A DNA stretch of 64,000 nucleotides from an uncultured Candidatus Rokubacteria bacterium (GCA_963708025.1 CAVPSB010000016.1:352001-416000), one strand, 5' to 3'. Positions 24,197 through 34,536 are shown, counted from the stretch's first letter. The notes: a model not told the origin generated them from the letters alone. Program-made: numbers and translations.

Positions 24197-25393
24197 CTAC
24201 CGGCCCAGCAGCACCCTGGCGTAGCGGTGGCGGGGCTGGTGGGGGCGCCCGGCCGCGAAGCGTCCGAGCGCGAAGAAGCCGAGGTCGAGGTGGGGGTCCG
24301 CGGGAGTCGTCCCCAGGACCAGGTCGGCCACGAGGTCCCCGATGATCGGCGAGTGCTTGAAGCCGTGTCCGCTGAAGCCGACCGCGACGACCAGCCCCTC
24401 GATCCCCGGTGCCCGGTCCAGGATGAACTGGAAGTCCGGGGTGGTGTCGTAGAAGCCGGTCCAGCCGCCCCGGCTCCGCGCCGCCTCCATCCGCGGAAAG
24501 CGGGCCACGCTCCCCTCGGCGAACTCCTGGATCCACTCGGCCTCCGCGCGCTCCGGGTAGCCGTCGGGATCCACCACGTCGTCGGCGGTGTGCTTGGTGC
24601 TGCCGATCAGCGTCAGGCCTCCCTGCTCCGGCCGGAAGTACACTTGGTTGACGAAATCGCCGCACACCGGATGCGGCGGGCCGAAGTCGGCCGGGCGCTC
24701 GAAGACGCCGATCCGGTGGAGCGTGTTCACGATGGGGACCTCCACGCCGAGCGGCCCGAGGAGCCGGGGGGTCCAGCCGCCGGCCGCGGTGACCACGACC
24801 GGCGCCGCCATCGGGCCTCGGTCGGTCTCGACGCCGGCCGCTCGCCCACGCTCGACCAGGATCCGCCGCACCGTCACGCCCTCGAGGACCCGCGCGCCCA
24901 GCTCCCGGGCGCGGTGAGCCAGCGCGGCCGTGGTCCCCGCCGGGTCGGCGAAGCCCGCGTCGGGCTCGTAGGCGGCGGCGGCCAGGTCGTCGGTCGCCAT
25001 CCGGGGAACGAGCGCGCGGATCTCGTCCGGCTCGACCACGCGGGTCTCGACCCCCACACCCCGCTGCATCGCCACGTTCGCGGCCAGGGCCTCCCGGTCG
25101 CCAGGCCCGACCAGCGCCAGGTAGCCGGTCCGCGTGAAGCCCGAGTTGCCGCCGATCACCTCGTCGAACCGGGAGAAGGCATCCAGGGCCAGCCGGGCCA
25201 GCCGCGCCGTCACCGGGTAGGCGTAGTGCTGCCGGACGATGGCGCTGGAGCGGCCGGTGGCGCCCGAGGCGAGGAACCCCTGCTCCAGGAGCACGACGTC
25301 GCGCACGCCCCGGCGAGCCAGGTGGTAGGCGACGCTGGCCCCGGTGGAGCCCCCGCCGATCACGACCGCCTCCGCCGTCCGCGGGAGGGTCAC
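24197..25393 (-). CDS. FAD-dependent oxidoreductase (sarcosine oxidase/DAO family)
   Basis: VIGGGSTG, GATGRSSA, YDTTPD, GFSGHGFK. Confidence 0.9.
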   Translation of the reverse strand: MTLPRTAEAVVIGGGSTGASVAYHLARRGVRDVVLLEQGFLASGATGRSSAIVRQHYAYPVTARLARLALDAFSRFDEVIGGNSGFTRTGYLALVGPGDREALAANVAMQRGVGVETRVVEPDEIRALVPRMATDDLAAAAYEPDAGFADPAGTTAALAHRARELGARVLEGVTVRRILVERGRAAGVETDRGPMAAPVVVTAAGGWTPRLLGPLGVEVPIVNTLHRIGVFERPADFGPPHPVCGDFVNQVYFRPEQGGLTLIGSTKHTADDVVDPDGYPERAEAEWIQEFAEGSVARFPRMEAARSRGGWTGFYDTTPDFQFILDRAPGIEGLVVAVGFSGHGFKHSPIIGDLVADLVLGTTPADPHLDLGFFALGRFAAGRPHQPRHRYARVLLGR

Positions 25394-27537
25394 CGGACCG
25401 CCACGCGCCGGATGAGGAGGTTGCCGAACCTGTCGACCGCCACCGCGAAGCCCGGCTCGACCACCGTGGTGGAATCGATCTGCTCGACGAGGGCCGGGCC
25501 GCGGAAGCGGTTCCCGGCCCGGAGCCGGTAGCGGTCGAAGACGGGGCAGCGCCGGGCGGAGGCGGCCGACCCGGTGCCGAAGACCACCGGGCGCGACGCC
25601 TTGAGCGCCGTCCCCGGGTCGCGCCCGCCGGCGGGCACCCGACGGAGGCGCGGCCGCGCGACCACGCCGATCCCGGTGAGCCGGACGTTCACCACCTCGA
25701 CGGGCTCGCCCCGGGCGGCGAAGCCGTAGGCCCGGTCGTGGGCCCGGAAGAACGCCGCCTCCAGGCCGGCCAGGCGCGAGCGCGTGAGGGGCCCGGCCGG
25801 CAACGGGATCGCCAGCTCGAAGGACTGACCGACGTAGCGGAGGTCGAGGGCCCGCACCCACCGGATGCGCGCCCCGGCCACGCCCTCGCGTCGCAGGACC
25901 CGCGTCGCCTCCGCCTCGAACTCGGCGAGGATGCGGCGGATCGCCTCGGCGTCGGCCTGGCCCAGCGGCCGGAGGTAGCTCCGGACGTAGTCGTGCTTCA
26001 GGTCGCAGGTCAGGAGCCCCAGCGCGGAGGAGACGCCCGGGGCGGGCGGCACCAGGATCCTTCGGATCCCGAGCGCGCGCGCCACCGCGGTGACGTGGAG
26101 CGGGCCGGCGCCGCCGAACGCGACCAGCAGGAAGGCGCGCGGGTCGAAGCCTCGCTGGACCGAGATCATCCGGATCGCCTCCACCATCTTGGCGTTGGCG
26201 ATCTCCAGCATCCCGAGCGCCGCCTCCCGCGGCCGGAGGCCGAGCGGCCGCGCCAGCTCGTCGGCGATGGCCCGCTCGGCCCCCGCCACGCTGACCGGCA
26301 TCTCCCCCCCGAGGAAGTAGTCGGGGTTCAGGCGGCCGAGGATCAGGTTGGCGTCGGTCAGCGTCGGTCGGGTGCCGCCGCGGCCGTAGCAGGCCGGCCC
26401 GGGGTCGGCCCCGGCGCTCTGCGGGCCCACCCGGAAGGCGCCGCCCGGGTCGACCCAGCCCAGGCTGCCGCCGCCGGCGCCGATCTCGACCAGCTCGATG
26501 GCGGGCACCTTGATCGGGTAGCCGGTGCCGCGGCGGCCCCCGGCGCCCCGGACCGCATCGGCGCCGTCACCGGCCAGGCCACCTACCTCGAACTCGGAGA
26601 CCAGCCGGGGCACCCCGTCCACCACGAGCCCGGCCTTCGCGGTCGTGCCGCCCATGTCGAAGGCGATCAGGCTCCGCGCCCCGATCGCCTGCCCCAGGTA
26701 CATGGCCGCGATGACGCCGGCCGCCGGACCCGACTCCAGCAGGTGGACGGGGCGGACGCGGGCGGTCCCGGTCGCGATGATCCCGCCGCTCGAGGTCATC
26801 AGGTGGAGCGGCGCCCCGATCCGGCCCTGGACGAGCCCCTGCTCGATCCCCTCCAGGTACCGCGACACCACCGGGGCCACCAGCCCATTGACGGCGGCCG
26901 TGCAGAAGCGCGGGTACTCGCGGAACTCGGGGCAGATGTCCGACGAGGCGGCCACGAAGACGTCGGGCAGGGCCTCGGCCAGGATCGCCGCCGCCCGGCG
27001 CTCGGGTCCGGGATTCCGGTAGGAGTGGAGGAACCCGACGACGATCGCCCGGACCCGGCACCGCCGCAGCGCGGGCGCCAGCGCCCGGACGGCGGCCTCG
27101 TCGAGGGGGACCAGCTCCTGGCCCTCGGCGTCGGTCCGCTGGGGGACCTCGAAGGTCAGCTCGCGCGGGATCAGCGCGGGCGGCTTGTCCGCCCGGAGAT
27201 CGTAGAGGTCGGGACGGATCTGCCGGCCGATCTCGAACAGATCGCGGAAGCCGACGCCGGTCACGAAGGCCGTCGGCGCCCCCTTGCCCTCGATGACGGT
27301 GTTGGTCGCGACCGTCGTCCCGTGGACGAGGAAGCGGAGCCGTCCCGGCTCGGCGCCCGCCACGGCGAGGATCCGGCTCAGCGCCTCCATGAAGGCCTTC
27401 GACGGGTCGTGGGGCGTCGACGGGACCTTGGCCACGCCGGTGACGCCGGTCGCCTCGTCGATGTAGACGGCGTCGGTGAACGTGCCGCCGATGTCGATGC
27501 CGACCCGGATGCCGGCGGCCGCCCGGCGAGGCGTCAC
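25390..27537 (-). CDS. hyuA: Hydantoinase/5-oxoprolinase subunit A
   Basis: GIDIGGTFTD, HGTTVATN, SGPAAG, DMGGTT, GAGGGS, AFGGAG. Confidence 0.9.
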   Translation of the reverse strand: MTPRRAAAGIRVGIDIGGTFTDAVYIDEATGVTGVAKVPSTPHDPSKAFMEALSRILAVAGAEPGRLRFLVHGTTVATNTVIEGKGAPTAFVTGVGFRDLFEIGRQIRPDLYDLRADKPPALIPRELTFEVPQRTDAEGQELVPLDEAAVRALAPALRRCRVRAIVVGFLHSYRNPGPERRAAAILAEALPDVFVAASSDICPEFREYPRFCTAAVNGLVAPVVSRYLEGIEQGLVQGRIGAPLHLMTSSGGIIATGTARVRPVHLLESGPAAGVIAAMYLGQAIGARSLIAFDMGGTTAKAGLVVDGVPRLVSEFEVGGLAGDGADAVRGAGGRRGTGYPIKVPAIELVEIGAGGGSLGWVDPGGAFRVGPQSAGADPGPACYGRGGTRPTLTDANLILGRLNPDYFLGGEMPVSVAGAERAIADELARPLGLRPREAALGMLEIANAKMVEAIRMISVQRGFDPRAFLLVAFGGAGPLHVTAVARALGIRRILVPPAPGVSSALGLLTCDLKHDYVRSYLRPLGQADAEAIRRILAEFEAEATRVLRREGVAGARIRWVRALDLRYVGQSFELAIPLPAGPLTRSRLAGLEAAFFRAHDRAYGFAARGEPVEVVNVRLTGIGVVARPRLRRVPAGGRDPGTALKASRPVVFGTGSAASARRCPVFDRYRLRAGNRFRGPALVEQIDSTTVVEPGFAVAVDRFGNLLIRRVAVR

Positions 27538-29300
27538 GTCCCCGCCTCCCGGCACTCTCGCGTCGCCTCGGCGTCGATCGTCAGGGTGGCCGGGTCCACG
27601 ACCACCCGGTAGAGCTCCCGCGCGCGGGCGGGGCTCACCTTGCCGCCGCGCACGTCGTGGAGCACCGCCTCGGGGTCGCGCTCCCGCGCGGGGCCGTAGC
27701 CGCCCCCGCCGGGCGTCCGGACGCTCAGCACCGTCCCGGGCGCCAGCGTGGTGGTGACCTTCGAGGGCAGCACCTGCTCGGCGGCCCCCGGGTTCAGGAT
27801 GTACCCGGCCGGCCGCGCCGACTCCCCGCCGAAGAGGCCCCACGGGGGAAACTTCGTCCGGTCCGAGAGGAGCGTCAGCTCCACGCGGTGGTCTGGGAAG
27901 ACGTAGTCCCGCCGGACGCCGAGGCCGCCGCGGGACCGGCCGGCGCCCTCGCTGTCCGGGATCAGCTCGTAGCGCAGCACGCGGAACGGGAAGGCCAGCT
28001 CGGCCTCCTCGATCGGCGTGTTCTCCGTGTTCTGGATGTGGGCCTGCACGGCGTCCATGCCGTCGCGGTCGAGGCGGGCGCCCCCGCCGCCGGCGACCGT
28101 CTCCACGAAGCAGTAGTAGCGCCCGGTCCGGGGGTGGGTGCCGCCGAAGCCGATATAGCAGATGATGCCCTTGCTGGAGGCCACCACGCGCTCCGGGACC
28201 AGCCCGGCGAAGGCAAGGAACAGGAGGTCGCAGAGCCGGATCCCCACCTCGGCGGCGCCGACCACCGGCGCCGGGTGCCGGGCGTGGAAGATCGTCCCCT
28301 CGGTCGTCAGCACCTTGATCGGGCGATAGAGCCCGTCGTTGATCGGGATGTCGGGGTCGATGAGCGCCTTCACGACGTACGCGAACGAGGCGTACGTTGA
28401 CACGAACGTGGCGTTCATCGAGCTGAGCCGCTGGGGCGGCGCCTCCCGGCAGTCCATCGTCGCCTCGCCGCCGCCCACGGTGACCGTGACCCGCAGGGGG
28501 ATCGGCTCGCCGGTCACCCCGTCGTCGTCGAGGCTGGTCTCGGCCTGCACCGTGCCAGGGGGAATTCGCTTCAGCGCCGCCCGGGTCCGGTCCTCCGTGT
28601 AGTCCTGGAGCGCCCGGATGTACCGCGCGAGCCGGGCCGCCCCGTACCGCCGGAGCAGCTCGGTGAGCCGCCGCACGCCGATGACGTTGGCCGCGATCTG
28701 GGCGCGCACGTCACCCGCGTTCTGGCTCGGGGTGCGCACGTTGGCCAGGAAGAAGTCGAGCTTCTCCGTGTCCACCCGACCGCCGGCGACCAGCCGGATG
28801 GGCGGGATGATGACGCCCTCCTGGAAGATCTCGGTGGCGATGCAGATGCTGGCCGGGGCCCGCCCGCCCACGTCGGTGTGGTGGGCGATGTTGGCGACGA
28901 AGCCGAACAGCCGGCCCCCCCGGCCCGGCTCGAAGACCGGCGCCACGAAGAGCAGCTCGTTCAGGTGGATCGAGCCCCGGTGGGGGTCGTTCATCGCGAC
29001 CTGGTCCCCCAGGTGGAGGCGCTCGACACCGTACTCCCGGAGCACCGTGGGCACCATGAACGCGAGGGCCGGGAGATGGTTCCCCTGGCCGAACGACTGG
29101 GCGGCGATGCGGAGGTCCCGGTCGAAGAGGGCGCAGGACATGTCCTCGCGCGCCTTGATGTTCGTGGAGTACGCGGACTTCTTCAGGGCCAGCCCCATCT
29201 CGGTGGTGATGCAGGCCAGGGCGTTGCGGATCACCTCGAAGAGGATCGGGTCGAGCCCGCGCCGCCACGCCGGCGCGCTTCGTGTCTGGCCGCGCTTCAT
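27534..29300 (-). CDS. hyuB: Hydantoinase/5-oxoprolinase subunit B
   Basis: DPILFEVIRNAL, NDPHRG, HHTDVGG, NTPIE, GGLG, TPGGGGYG. Confidence 0.9.
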   Translation of the reverse strand: MKRGQTRSAPAWRRGLDPILFEVIRNALACITTEMGLALKKSAYSTNIKAREDMSCALFDRDLRIAAQSFGQGNHLPALAFMVPTVLREYGVERLHLGDQVAMNDPHRGSIHLNELLFVAPVFEPGRGGRLFGFVANIAHHTDVGGRAPASICIATEIFQEGVIIPPIRLVAGGRVDTEKLDFFLANVRTPSQNAGDVRAQIAANVIGVRRLTELLRRYGAARLARYIRALQDYTEDRTRAALKRIPPGTVQAETSLDDDGVTGEPIPLRVTVTVGGGEATMDCREAPPQRLSSMNATFVSTYASFAYVVKALIDPDIPINDGLYRPIKVLTTEGTIFHARHPAPVVGAAEVGIRLCDLLFLAFAGLVPERVVASSKGIICYIGFGGTHPRTGRYYCFVETVAGGGGARLDRDGMDAVQAHIQNTENTPIEEAELAFPFRVLRYELIPDSEGAGRSRGGLGVRRDYVFPDHRVELTLLSDRTKFPPWGLFGGESARPAGYILNPGAAEQVLPSKVTTTLAPGTVLSVRTPGGGGYGPARERDPEAVLHDVRGGKVSPARARELYRVVVDPATLTIDAEATRECREAGT

Positions 29301-30574
29301 CGCAGGAGCAGGCGTGGCAGGAACAGGGTGAGGCTCGGCACGTAGGTGATGAGCAGGAGCAGCAGCACGAGGGCGGTGATGAATGGCAGCACCTCCCGGG
29401 TGAACGTCGCCACCGAACAGTTGGCGATGCTGCAGGTGATGAACATGTTGGTGCCGACCGGCGGGGTGATGACCCCGAGGACGACGTTCAGCACGAACAC
29501 GACGCCGAAGTGGACCGGGTCGATGCCGTACTTCGCGATGACCGGGACCAGCATGGGGCCGAGGATCACCATCAGCGGCACCGGCTCGATCGGGATCCCG
29601 AGCAGGAACAGCACGACGTTGATGACCAGGAGGACCACCCATGGCTGGTCGGTCAGCGACAGGAACGCGGTCGTGATCCCCTGCGGGATCTGCTCCACCG
29701 CCAGGATCCAGCCGACCAGGTTGAAGACCCCGAGGAGCAGGTAGACGACCGACGTGGTGACCACGACCTCGGTGAGGATCCCGGGCAGCGCCCGCCACCG
29801 GAGCTCGCGGTAGGCCAGGCCGAGAAGGAGGCTGTAGAGGACGGCCAGGGCCGCCGCCTCGGTCGGCGTGACCACGCCGGCCACCATGCCGCCGAGCACG
29901 ACCACCGGCGTCAGCATGGCCGGTCCGGCCCGCCGGAACGTCCGCCACACCTCGAGCGCCGTCGGGCGCTGGGCGGCGGCCCCGTAGCCGCGCCGCCGCG
30001 CGACCAGGTAGCAGGCCACCATCAGGTAGACGCCCATCAGGAGACCGGGCACGACGCCGGCCAGGAAGAGCTGGCCGATGGAGACGCCGGTCAGGCTGCC
30101 GAAGATGACGAAGGCGATGCTGGGCGGGATGATCGGGCCGATGGTTGCCGCCGCGGCGCTGATCGCCGCCGCGAAGCCGGGGGAGTAGCCCTGGCGGACC
30201 ATGCTCGGGATGAGCACCGTCCCGGTGGCGGCGGCGTCGGCGGCGGCGCTCCCCGACATGCCGGACATGATGACGTTGGCCAGCACCGTCACGTGGCCGA
30301 GCCCGCCGTGGATGTGGCCGACCAGCGCCGTCGAGAAGTCGACCAGCCGGCTCGTGATGCCGCCGGCGTTCATCAGCCCGCCGGCCAGCAGGAAGAACGG
30401 GATCGCCAGCAGGAGGAAGGAGTCCATCCCGGTGACCATCTTCTGCGGGATGGTCATGAGCGAGAAGTCGCCGGCCACCAGCAGGTACCCGAGCCCCAGG
30501 ACTCCCATGCCGAAGGCGACGGGCAGCCCGAGCAGGAGCACGGCGACGAAGGCCGCGGCCAGGAGGAGAGCCAT
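29297..30574 (-). CDS. dctM: TRAP transporter large permease
   Basis: LLAIPFF, GSAAADA, IIPPSI, TPTEAA, TPPVG. Confidence 0.92.
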   Translation of the reverse strand: MALLLAAAFVAVLLLGLPVAFGMGVLGLGYLLVAGDFSLMTIPQKMVTGMDSFLLLAIPFFLLAGGLMNAGGITSRLVDFSTALVGHIHGGLGHVTVLANVIMSGMSGSAAADAAATGTVLIPSMVRQGYSPGFAAAISAAAATIGPIIPPSIAFVIFGSLTGVSIGQLFLAGVVPGLLMGVYLMVACYLVARRRGYGAAAQRPTALEVWRTFRRAGPAMLTPVVVLGGMVAGVVTPTEAAALAVLYSLLLGLAYRELRWRALPGILTEVVVTTSVVYLLLGVFNLVGWILAVEQIPQGITTAFLSLTDQPWVVLLVINVVLFLLGIPIEPVPLMVILGPMLVPVIAKYGIDPVHFGVVFVLNVVLGVITPPVGTNMFITCSIANCSVATFTREVLPFITALVLLLLLITYVPSLTLFLPRLLLR

Positions 30575-30588
30575 GGGAGCGGGCAGCC

Positions 30589-31029
30589 TCAGCCCGGGCG
30601 GCGGGCCCGACCGACCGCGAAGGCGAGGGCCTGAAGGGCCATGAGCGCCGCGCCCACGGGCACCGCCAGGTAGACGAGCCCCATCGGGAGACCGAGTGCC
30701 GGCGAGACCTGGCGCATGGTGCGCAGCGTCAGTGCCACCCCCTGCCAGGCGAGCACGGCGAGGAACAGGGCGCTCAGGAGGTACGCGACGAGCCGGACGA
30801 GCCGCCCGGCGGCCGGCGGCAAGAGGTCGGGCAGCACGTCGACGGCCGCGTGGGCCCCCCGCTCGAAGGCCACCGCGCTCCCGAGCATGACCAGCCAGAT
30901 GGTGGTGAAGCGGGCCAGCTCGTCGGTCCAGTGGAGCGACCCGCCGAGCACGCCGAAGTACCGCACCGCGACCGCCAGCAGGACGGCCGTGACGAGCACA
31001 ACCAGCGCCGCGTTGGTCAGATAGCGCAC
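30589..31029 (-). CDS. dctQ: TRAP transporter small permease (start uncertain)
   Basis: VAVRY, WTDELAR, four TM segments, SPALGLPM. Confidence 0.88.
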   Translation of the reverse strand: MRYLTNAALVVLVTAVLLAVAVRYFGVLGGSLHWTDELARFTTIWLVMLGSAVAFERGAHAAVDVLPDLLPPAAGRLVRLVAYLLSALFLAVLAWQGVALTLRTMRQVSPALGLPMGLVYLAVPVGAALMALQALAFAVGRARRPG

Positions 31030-31100
31030 CGCCGCCAGGACCCCGGCGTAGGCGCGCTCGAGCCCGGCTGGTGCCCCCGAGGCCCCGTTGGATGATGTCA

Positions 31101-31370
31101 GTTTGGGACCTCCCTCCTACCCCCCCAACCCCCCTCCCCCACCCACCGGGGGGAGGCGGGAGTCGGAAGACCCATTGCTTCCACACGTTCTCAGTTCCGA
31201 ACCTCCCTCCTACCCCCCGGAGCACGCCATTCCTTCACATGCTCTCATCCCGACTCGACAGTCCTAGCCGCTCCCTCTCCCTCCCTCTGGAGGGAGAGGG
31301 CCAGGGTGAGGGTGGTGCCGATGCATCTCCCCCTACCCTCTCCCCCGAGGGGGAGAGGGTAGAAAGGGTG
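31101..31370. repeat. Cluster of intergenic palindromic repeats
   Basis: ACCTCCCTCCTACCCCCC occurs twice (~31108, ~31201); CCCTCTCCC...GGGAGAGGG hairpins at ~31273 and ~31336. Confidence 0.65.
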
Positions 31371-32381
31371 TCATTGCTTCTGGATGGCGTCGACGACGCC
31401 GGCCATCCCCGTCTTCTTGGCCCACTCGTCCCAGAACGGCCGGACGGCGGCCTGGAACGGCTTGATGTCCACCGCCACCAGCTGGAGCCCCTTCGTCGCC
31501 AGCTCGGCCTCGGCTTTCTCGTTGCCGGCCTGGGCGGCCGCCCGCTGAGCCTGCCAGACCTCGAGCCCCGTCTCGTCGATGACTTTCCGGACGTCCGGGG
31601 GCAGCCCCTGGTAGGTCTTCTCGCTCACCAGGAGCTGGAGCGTGGCCATGATGTGACCGGTCTTGGCGATGTACTTGCCCACCTCGAACATCTTCTGGTT
31701 GAGGATGACGTCGGGCACCCCTTCGAGGCCGTCGACGACCCCGTTCTGGACGGCCAGGTAGGTCTCGCCCCAGGGCACGCCCACCGGGTTGGCGCCGAGC
31801 AGCCGGAAGGTTCTCAGGAACGTCTCGGCTTCCGGCACCCGGATCTTCAGCCCCTTGAGGTCGTCGATCGCCTTGACCGGGCGAGTGCGCGTCAGCACGT
31901 ACCGGAAGCCCTGGGCGCCCGAGCCCAGCACCCGGATGCCGGCCTTCCCGCGCAGGCTGTCCCAGACCTGCTGGCCGATCGGGCCGTCCATCACCCGGTT
32001 GGCGTGGGCGTAGTCCCGAAACATGAACGGCATGTCGAAGATCCCGATGGCCGGATCGAAGTTCGTCAGGACGCCGGGCCCGCCGAAGGTGAAGTTGACG
32101 TTCCCGATCTGCAGGCCCTCTTCCAGCTCGCGCTCGTTGCCGAGCTGGCTCGCTGGGAAGACCTTGATGGCGATCTTGCCCCCGGTGCGCTGGCCGACCA
32201 GGTCGGCGAAGCGCTGGGCCGCGCCCCCCCACCCGCCCTCGGGCGGCCAGATGTGGCCGAAACGCAGCGTCCGGTCGGCGGCCGTTGCCGGCCGCCCGTC
32301 CGGCAGGGCGAGGACGGCGACGACGAGAATGGCGAGCGCGAGCAAACCGAGGTACCGGGAGCCGGTCGTGATACGCGTCAT
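31371..32381 (-). CDS. dctP: TRAP transporter substrate-binding protein
   Basis: Signal peptide; FPASQLGNE, DLKGLKIRV, QNGVVDG. Confidence 0.92.
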   Translation of the reverse strand: MTRITTGSRYLGLLALAILVVAVLALPDGRPATAADRTLRFGHIWPPEGGWGGAAQRFADLVGQRTGGKIAIKVFPASQLGNERELEEGLQIGNVNFTFGGPGVLTNFDPAIGIFDMPFMFRDYAHANRVMDGPIGQQVWDSLRGKAGIRVLGSGAQGFRYVLTRTRPVKAIDDLKGLKIRVPEAETFLRTFRLLGANPVGVPWGETYLAVQNGVVDGLEGVPDVILNQKMFEVGKYIAKTGHIMATLQLLVSEKTYQGLPPDVRKVIDETGLEVWQAQRAAAQAGNEKAEAELATKGLQLVAVDIKPFQAAVRPFWDEWAKKTGMAGVVDAIQKQ

Positions 32382-32407
32382 CGAAACCTCCACGGTGGGG
32401 GGTGGAA

Positions 32408-33142
32408 TCAGTCCGGGCGTCGGCCCGAGCGATCGCGGTCCTCGAGCCAGGCTCGATACTCCTCCAGCGTGCGGGCGTTGGGCGGATAGGTGCCGGGCAG
32501 CGCCGCGCCCTCGCGGACCTTGGCGAGGACGAAGGTCTCCAGACGCTCCTGCTCGGCGGCGTCGCGGGCGACCTCGACCGCCAGGTGCCGGGGAATGATC
32601 ACCACGGCCTCCTCGTCGCCGAGCACCACGTCGCCCGGGAAGACCGGCACCCCGCCGCAGCCGATCGGGACGTTGATGTCGACGGCGTGGTGAACGGTGA
32701 GGTTCATGGCCGGGCTCGCCGCGCCCGCGTACACGGGGAAGTCCATCTCGGCGATGGCCGGGCTGTCCCGCAGGGCGCCGTCCGTCACCAGGCCGGCGGC
32801 GCCGCGCTGCTGGAGCCGGGTCACCAGGATGTGACCGGCCGACGCCGCGCCAGTGTCCCGCCGGGCGTCGACGACCAGGACCTGCCCCGGCTGGGTCAGC
32901 TCGATCGCCTTGCGCTGGGGATGCTCGGGGTTCTGGAACACCTCGACCACGTCGAGGTCCTCGCGGGCCGGGATGTAGCGAAGCGTCAGCGCCTCCCCCG
33001 CGAGCCGGCGCCCGCGGCTCACCGGGAGCACGCCCTGGAGGTGCATCCGGCGCAGGCCGCGCTTGAAGAGCTGGGTCGTGACGGTGGCCGTGCTCGCCTC
33101 GGCGAGCCACCGCCACAGCTCTTTGGGAAGCGGCTCTCCCAT
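32408..33142 (-). CDS. RraA/HMG-aldolase family protein
   Basis: STATVTTQL, GLVTDGALRD, GGVPVFPGDVVLGD. Confidence 0.88.
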   Translation of the reverse strand: MGEPLPKELWRWLAEASTATVTTQLFKRGLRRMHLQGVLPVSRGRRLAGEALTLRYIPAREDLDVVEVFQNPEHPQRKAIELTQPGQVLVVDARRDTGAASAGHILVTRLQQRGAAGLVTDGALRDSPAIAEMDFPVYAGAASPAMNLTVHHAVDINVPIGCGGVPVFPGDVVLGDEEAVVIIPRHLAVEVARDAAEQERLETFVLAKVREGAALPGTYPPNARTLEEYRAWLEDRDRSGRRPD

Positions 33143-33151
33143 GCCTTCGCT

Positions 33152-33426
33152 CTAGAACTCTTGACGCACCAGAGTCATGACAGATTGGTCAAGCTCTGGG
33201 GGGCGGGGTCGAGGAGCGAGCAGCGCCCAAAGGCCGAAGGCCGTCCGAAGGACGCAGGAGTTCGCCGACAATCGCAGGCGTACTCCGAGTACGCCGAGGA
33301 TCGGCGACGACCGAGGACGACCATAGGTCGGGACGGACGCCCACAGGCCGAAGGCCCTCCGATCGACGTAGGCCGAGCGCGTCCAGACCGAGATGAGAAT
33401 TGCGACGCTCATCGGCCCGCCCGCTA
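33152..33426. mobile_element. Modular non-autonomous element flanked by CTA(G) duplication (copy 1)
   Basis: Ends homologous to 40203-40398; internal GGCGGG..CGAGGAGCG / CGCTCATCGGCCC inverted repeat. Confidence 0.7.
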
Positions 33427-34536
33427 GTTGGGGGCGATCGCGCCGCGCGTGATGTGTCCGTCCTCCTGCTCCCGGAAGGCGTCGTTGATCCGCTCCAGCG
33501 GGAACGTGTGGGACAGGATCCGCTGATAGGGGTACTTCGCCCGGGTGCGGATCATGAGGTCGAGCGTGGCCTTGAGGTGCTCGGCCTCGTAGTGGATGAC
33601 GCCGACGATGCGCCGGTTGCCGAAGACGAGCCACGACGGGTCGATGGTGCCCTCCAAGCCGGCGTTGATGTTGCCGACCTCGAGGTAGGTCCCGTCGGGC
33701 GCCAGCATGCGGAGCCCCTCGTCCACGATGCCGGGATCCCCCACCAGCTCCATCACCACGTCGGCGCCCCAATCGTCGGTCAGGGCCCGGACGCGCTCGA
33801 CCCGGCTGGCCGGGGTGCGGTACTCGCGTAGGTCGACGGCCTCGTCGGCCCCGAACTCCCGCGCCAGGGCGAGTCGTTCGTCCACCCCGTCGATGACCAC
33901 GATCTTCCCCGCGCCCATCTCGCGGGCGGCCGCGCAGGAGTAGACGCCGAGCCCGCCGGCCCCCTGGATCACGACCGTCTGACCCGCGTGGAACCCGGCG
34001 ATCTCCAGCGCGGCGTAGACCTGGGTGAAGGCGCAGTTGATGCCGGCCGCCATCGCGTCGGTGATGGCGTCGGGGATCCGGAAGATGGCGTGGCCGGCCC
34101 CCAGGTAGAAGTACTGGCCGTAGCCGCCCTGGAAATGGGGCCAGACGTCGCAGCTCACCGCCCAGTTCGACTGCCGGGTGGGGCAGGACCGGAAGTGGCG
34201 CCGCAGGCACGCCGGGCAGCGCCCGCACGGGATGAAGTACCGGTAGATGACCCGGTCGCCCTCGCGGAGCGGCTGGCCGGCCGAGTCGCGGGTGACGCCC
34301 GCCCCCAGCTTGTACACGGTGCCCATGTGCTCGTGGCCGGTGTTCAGCGGGAGCGGCCGGCCCCGCTTCGTGAAGTCGTAGTGGCCCTTCCAGTAGTGCA
34401 TGTCGGAGCCGCAGACGTTGGCCAGGGCGACCTTGATCAGCACCGCCCCCGGCACCGGATCCGGCACCGGGTACTCCCGGATCTCGAAGCCCTTGCCGAG
34501 CCCCTGCCACGCCGCCAGCCGGCCCACCTCGGCCAT
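33424..34536 (-). CDS. Zinc-binding alcohol dehydrogenase (MDR)
   Basis: VCGSD, GHE, CGRCPAC...C, GAGGLG. Confidence 0.92.
   Translation of the reverse strand: MAEVGRLAAWQGLGKGFEIREYPVPDPVPGAVLIKVALANVCGSDMHYWKGHYDFTKRGRPLPLNTGHEHMGTVYKLGAGVTRDSAGQPLREGDRVIYRYFIPCGRCPACLRRHFRSCPTRQSNWAVSCDVWPHFQGGYGQYFYLGAGHAIFRIPDAITDAMAAGINCAFTQVYAALEIAGFHAGQTVVIQGAGGLGVYSCAAAREMGAGKIVVIDGVDERLALAREFGADEAVDLREYRTPASRVERVRALTDDWGADVVMELVGDPGIVDEGLRMLAPDGTYLEVGNINAGLEGTIDPSWLVFGNRRIVGVIHYEAEHLKATLDLMIRTRAKYPYQRILSHTFPLERINDAFREQEDGHITRGAIAPN

Noticed and set aside
33152-33426. CRISPR array or riboswitch
   Set aside because: No regularly spaced identical repeats with unique spacers and no recognised riboswitch core; better explained as a dispersed element
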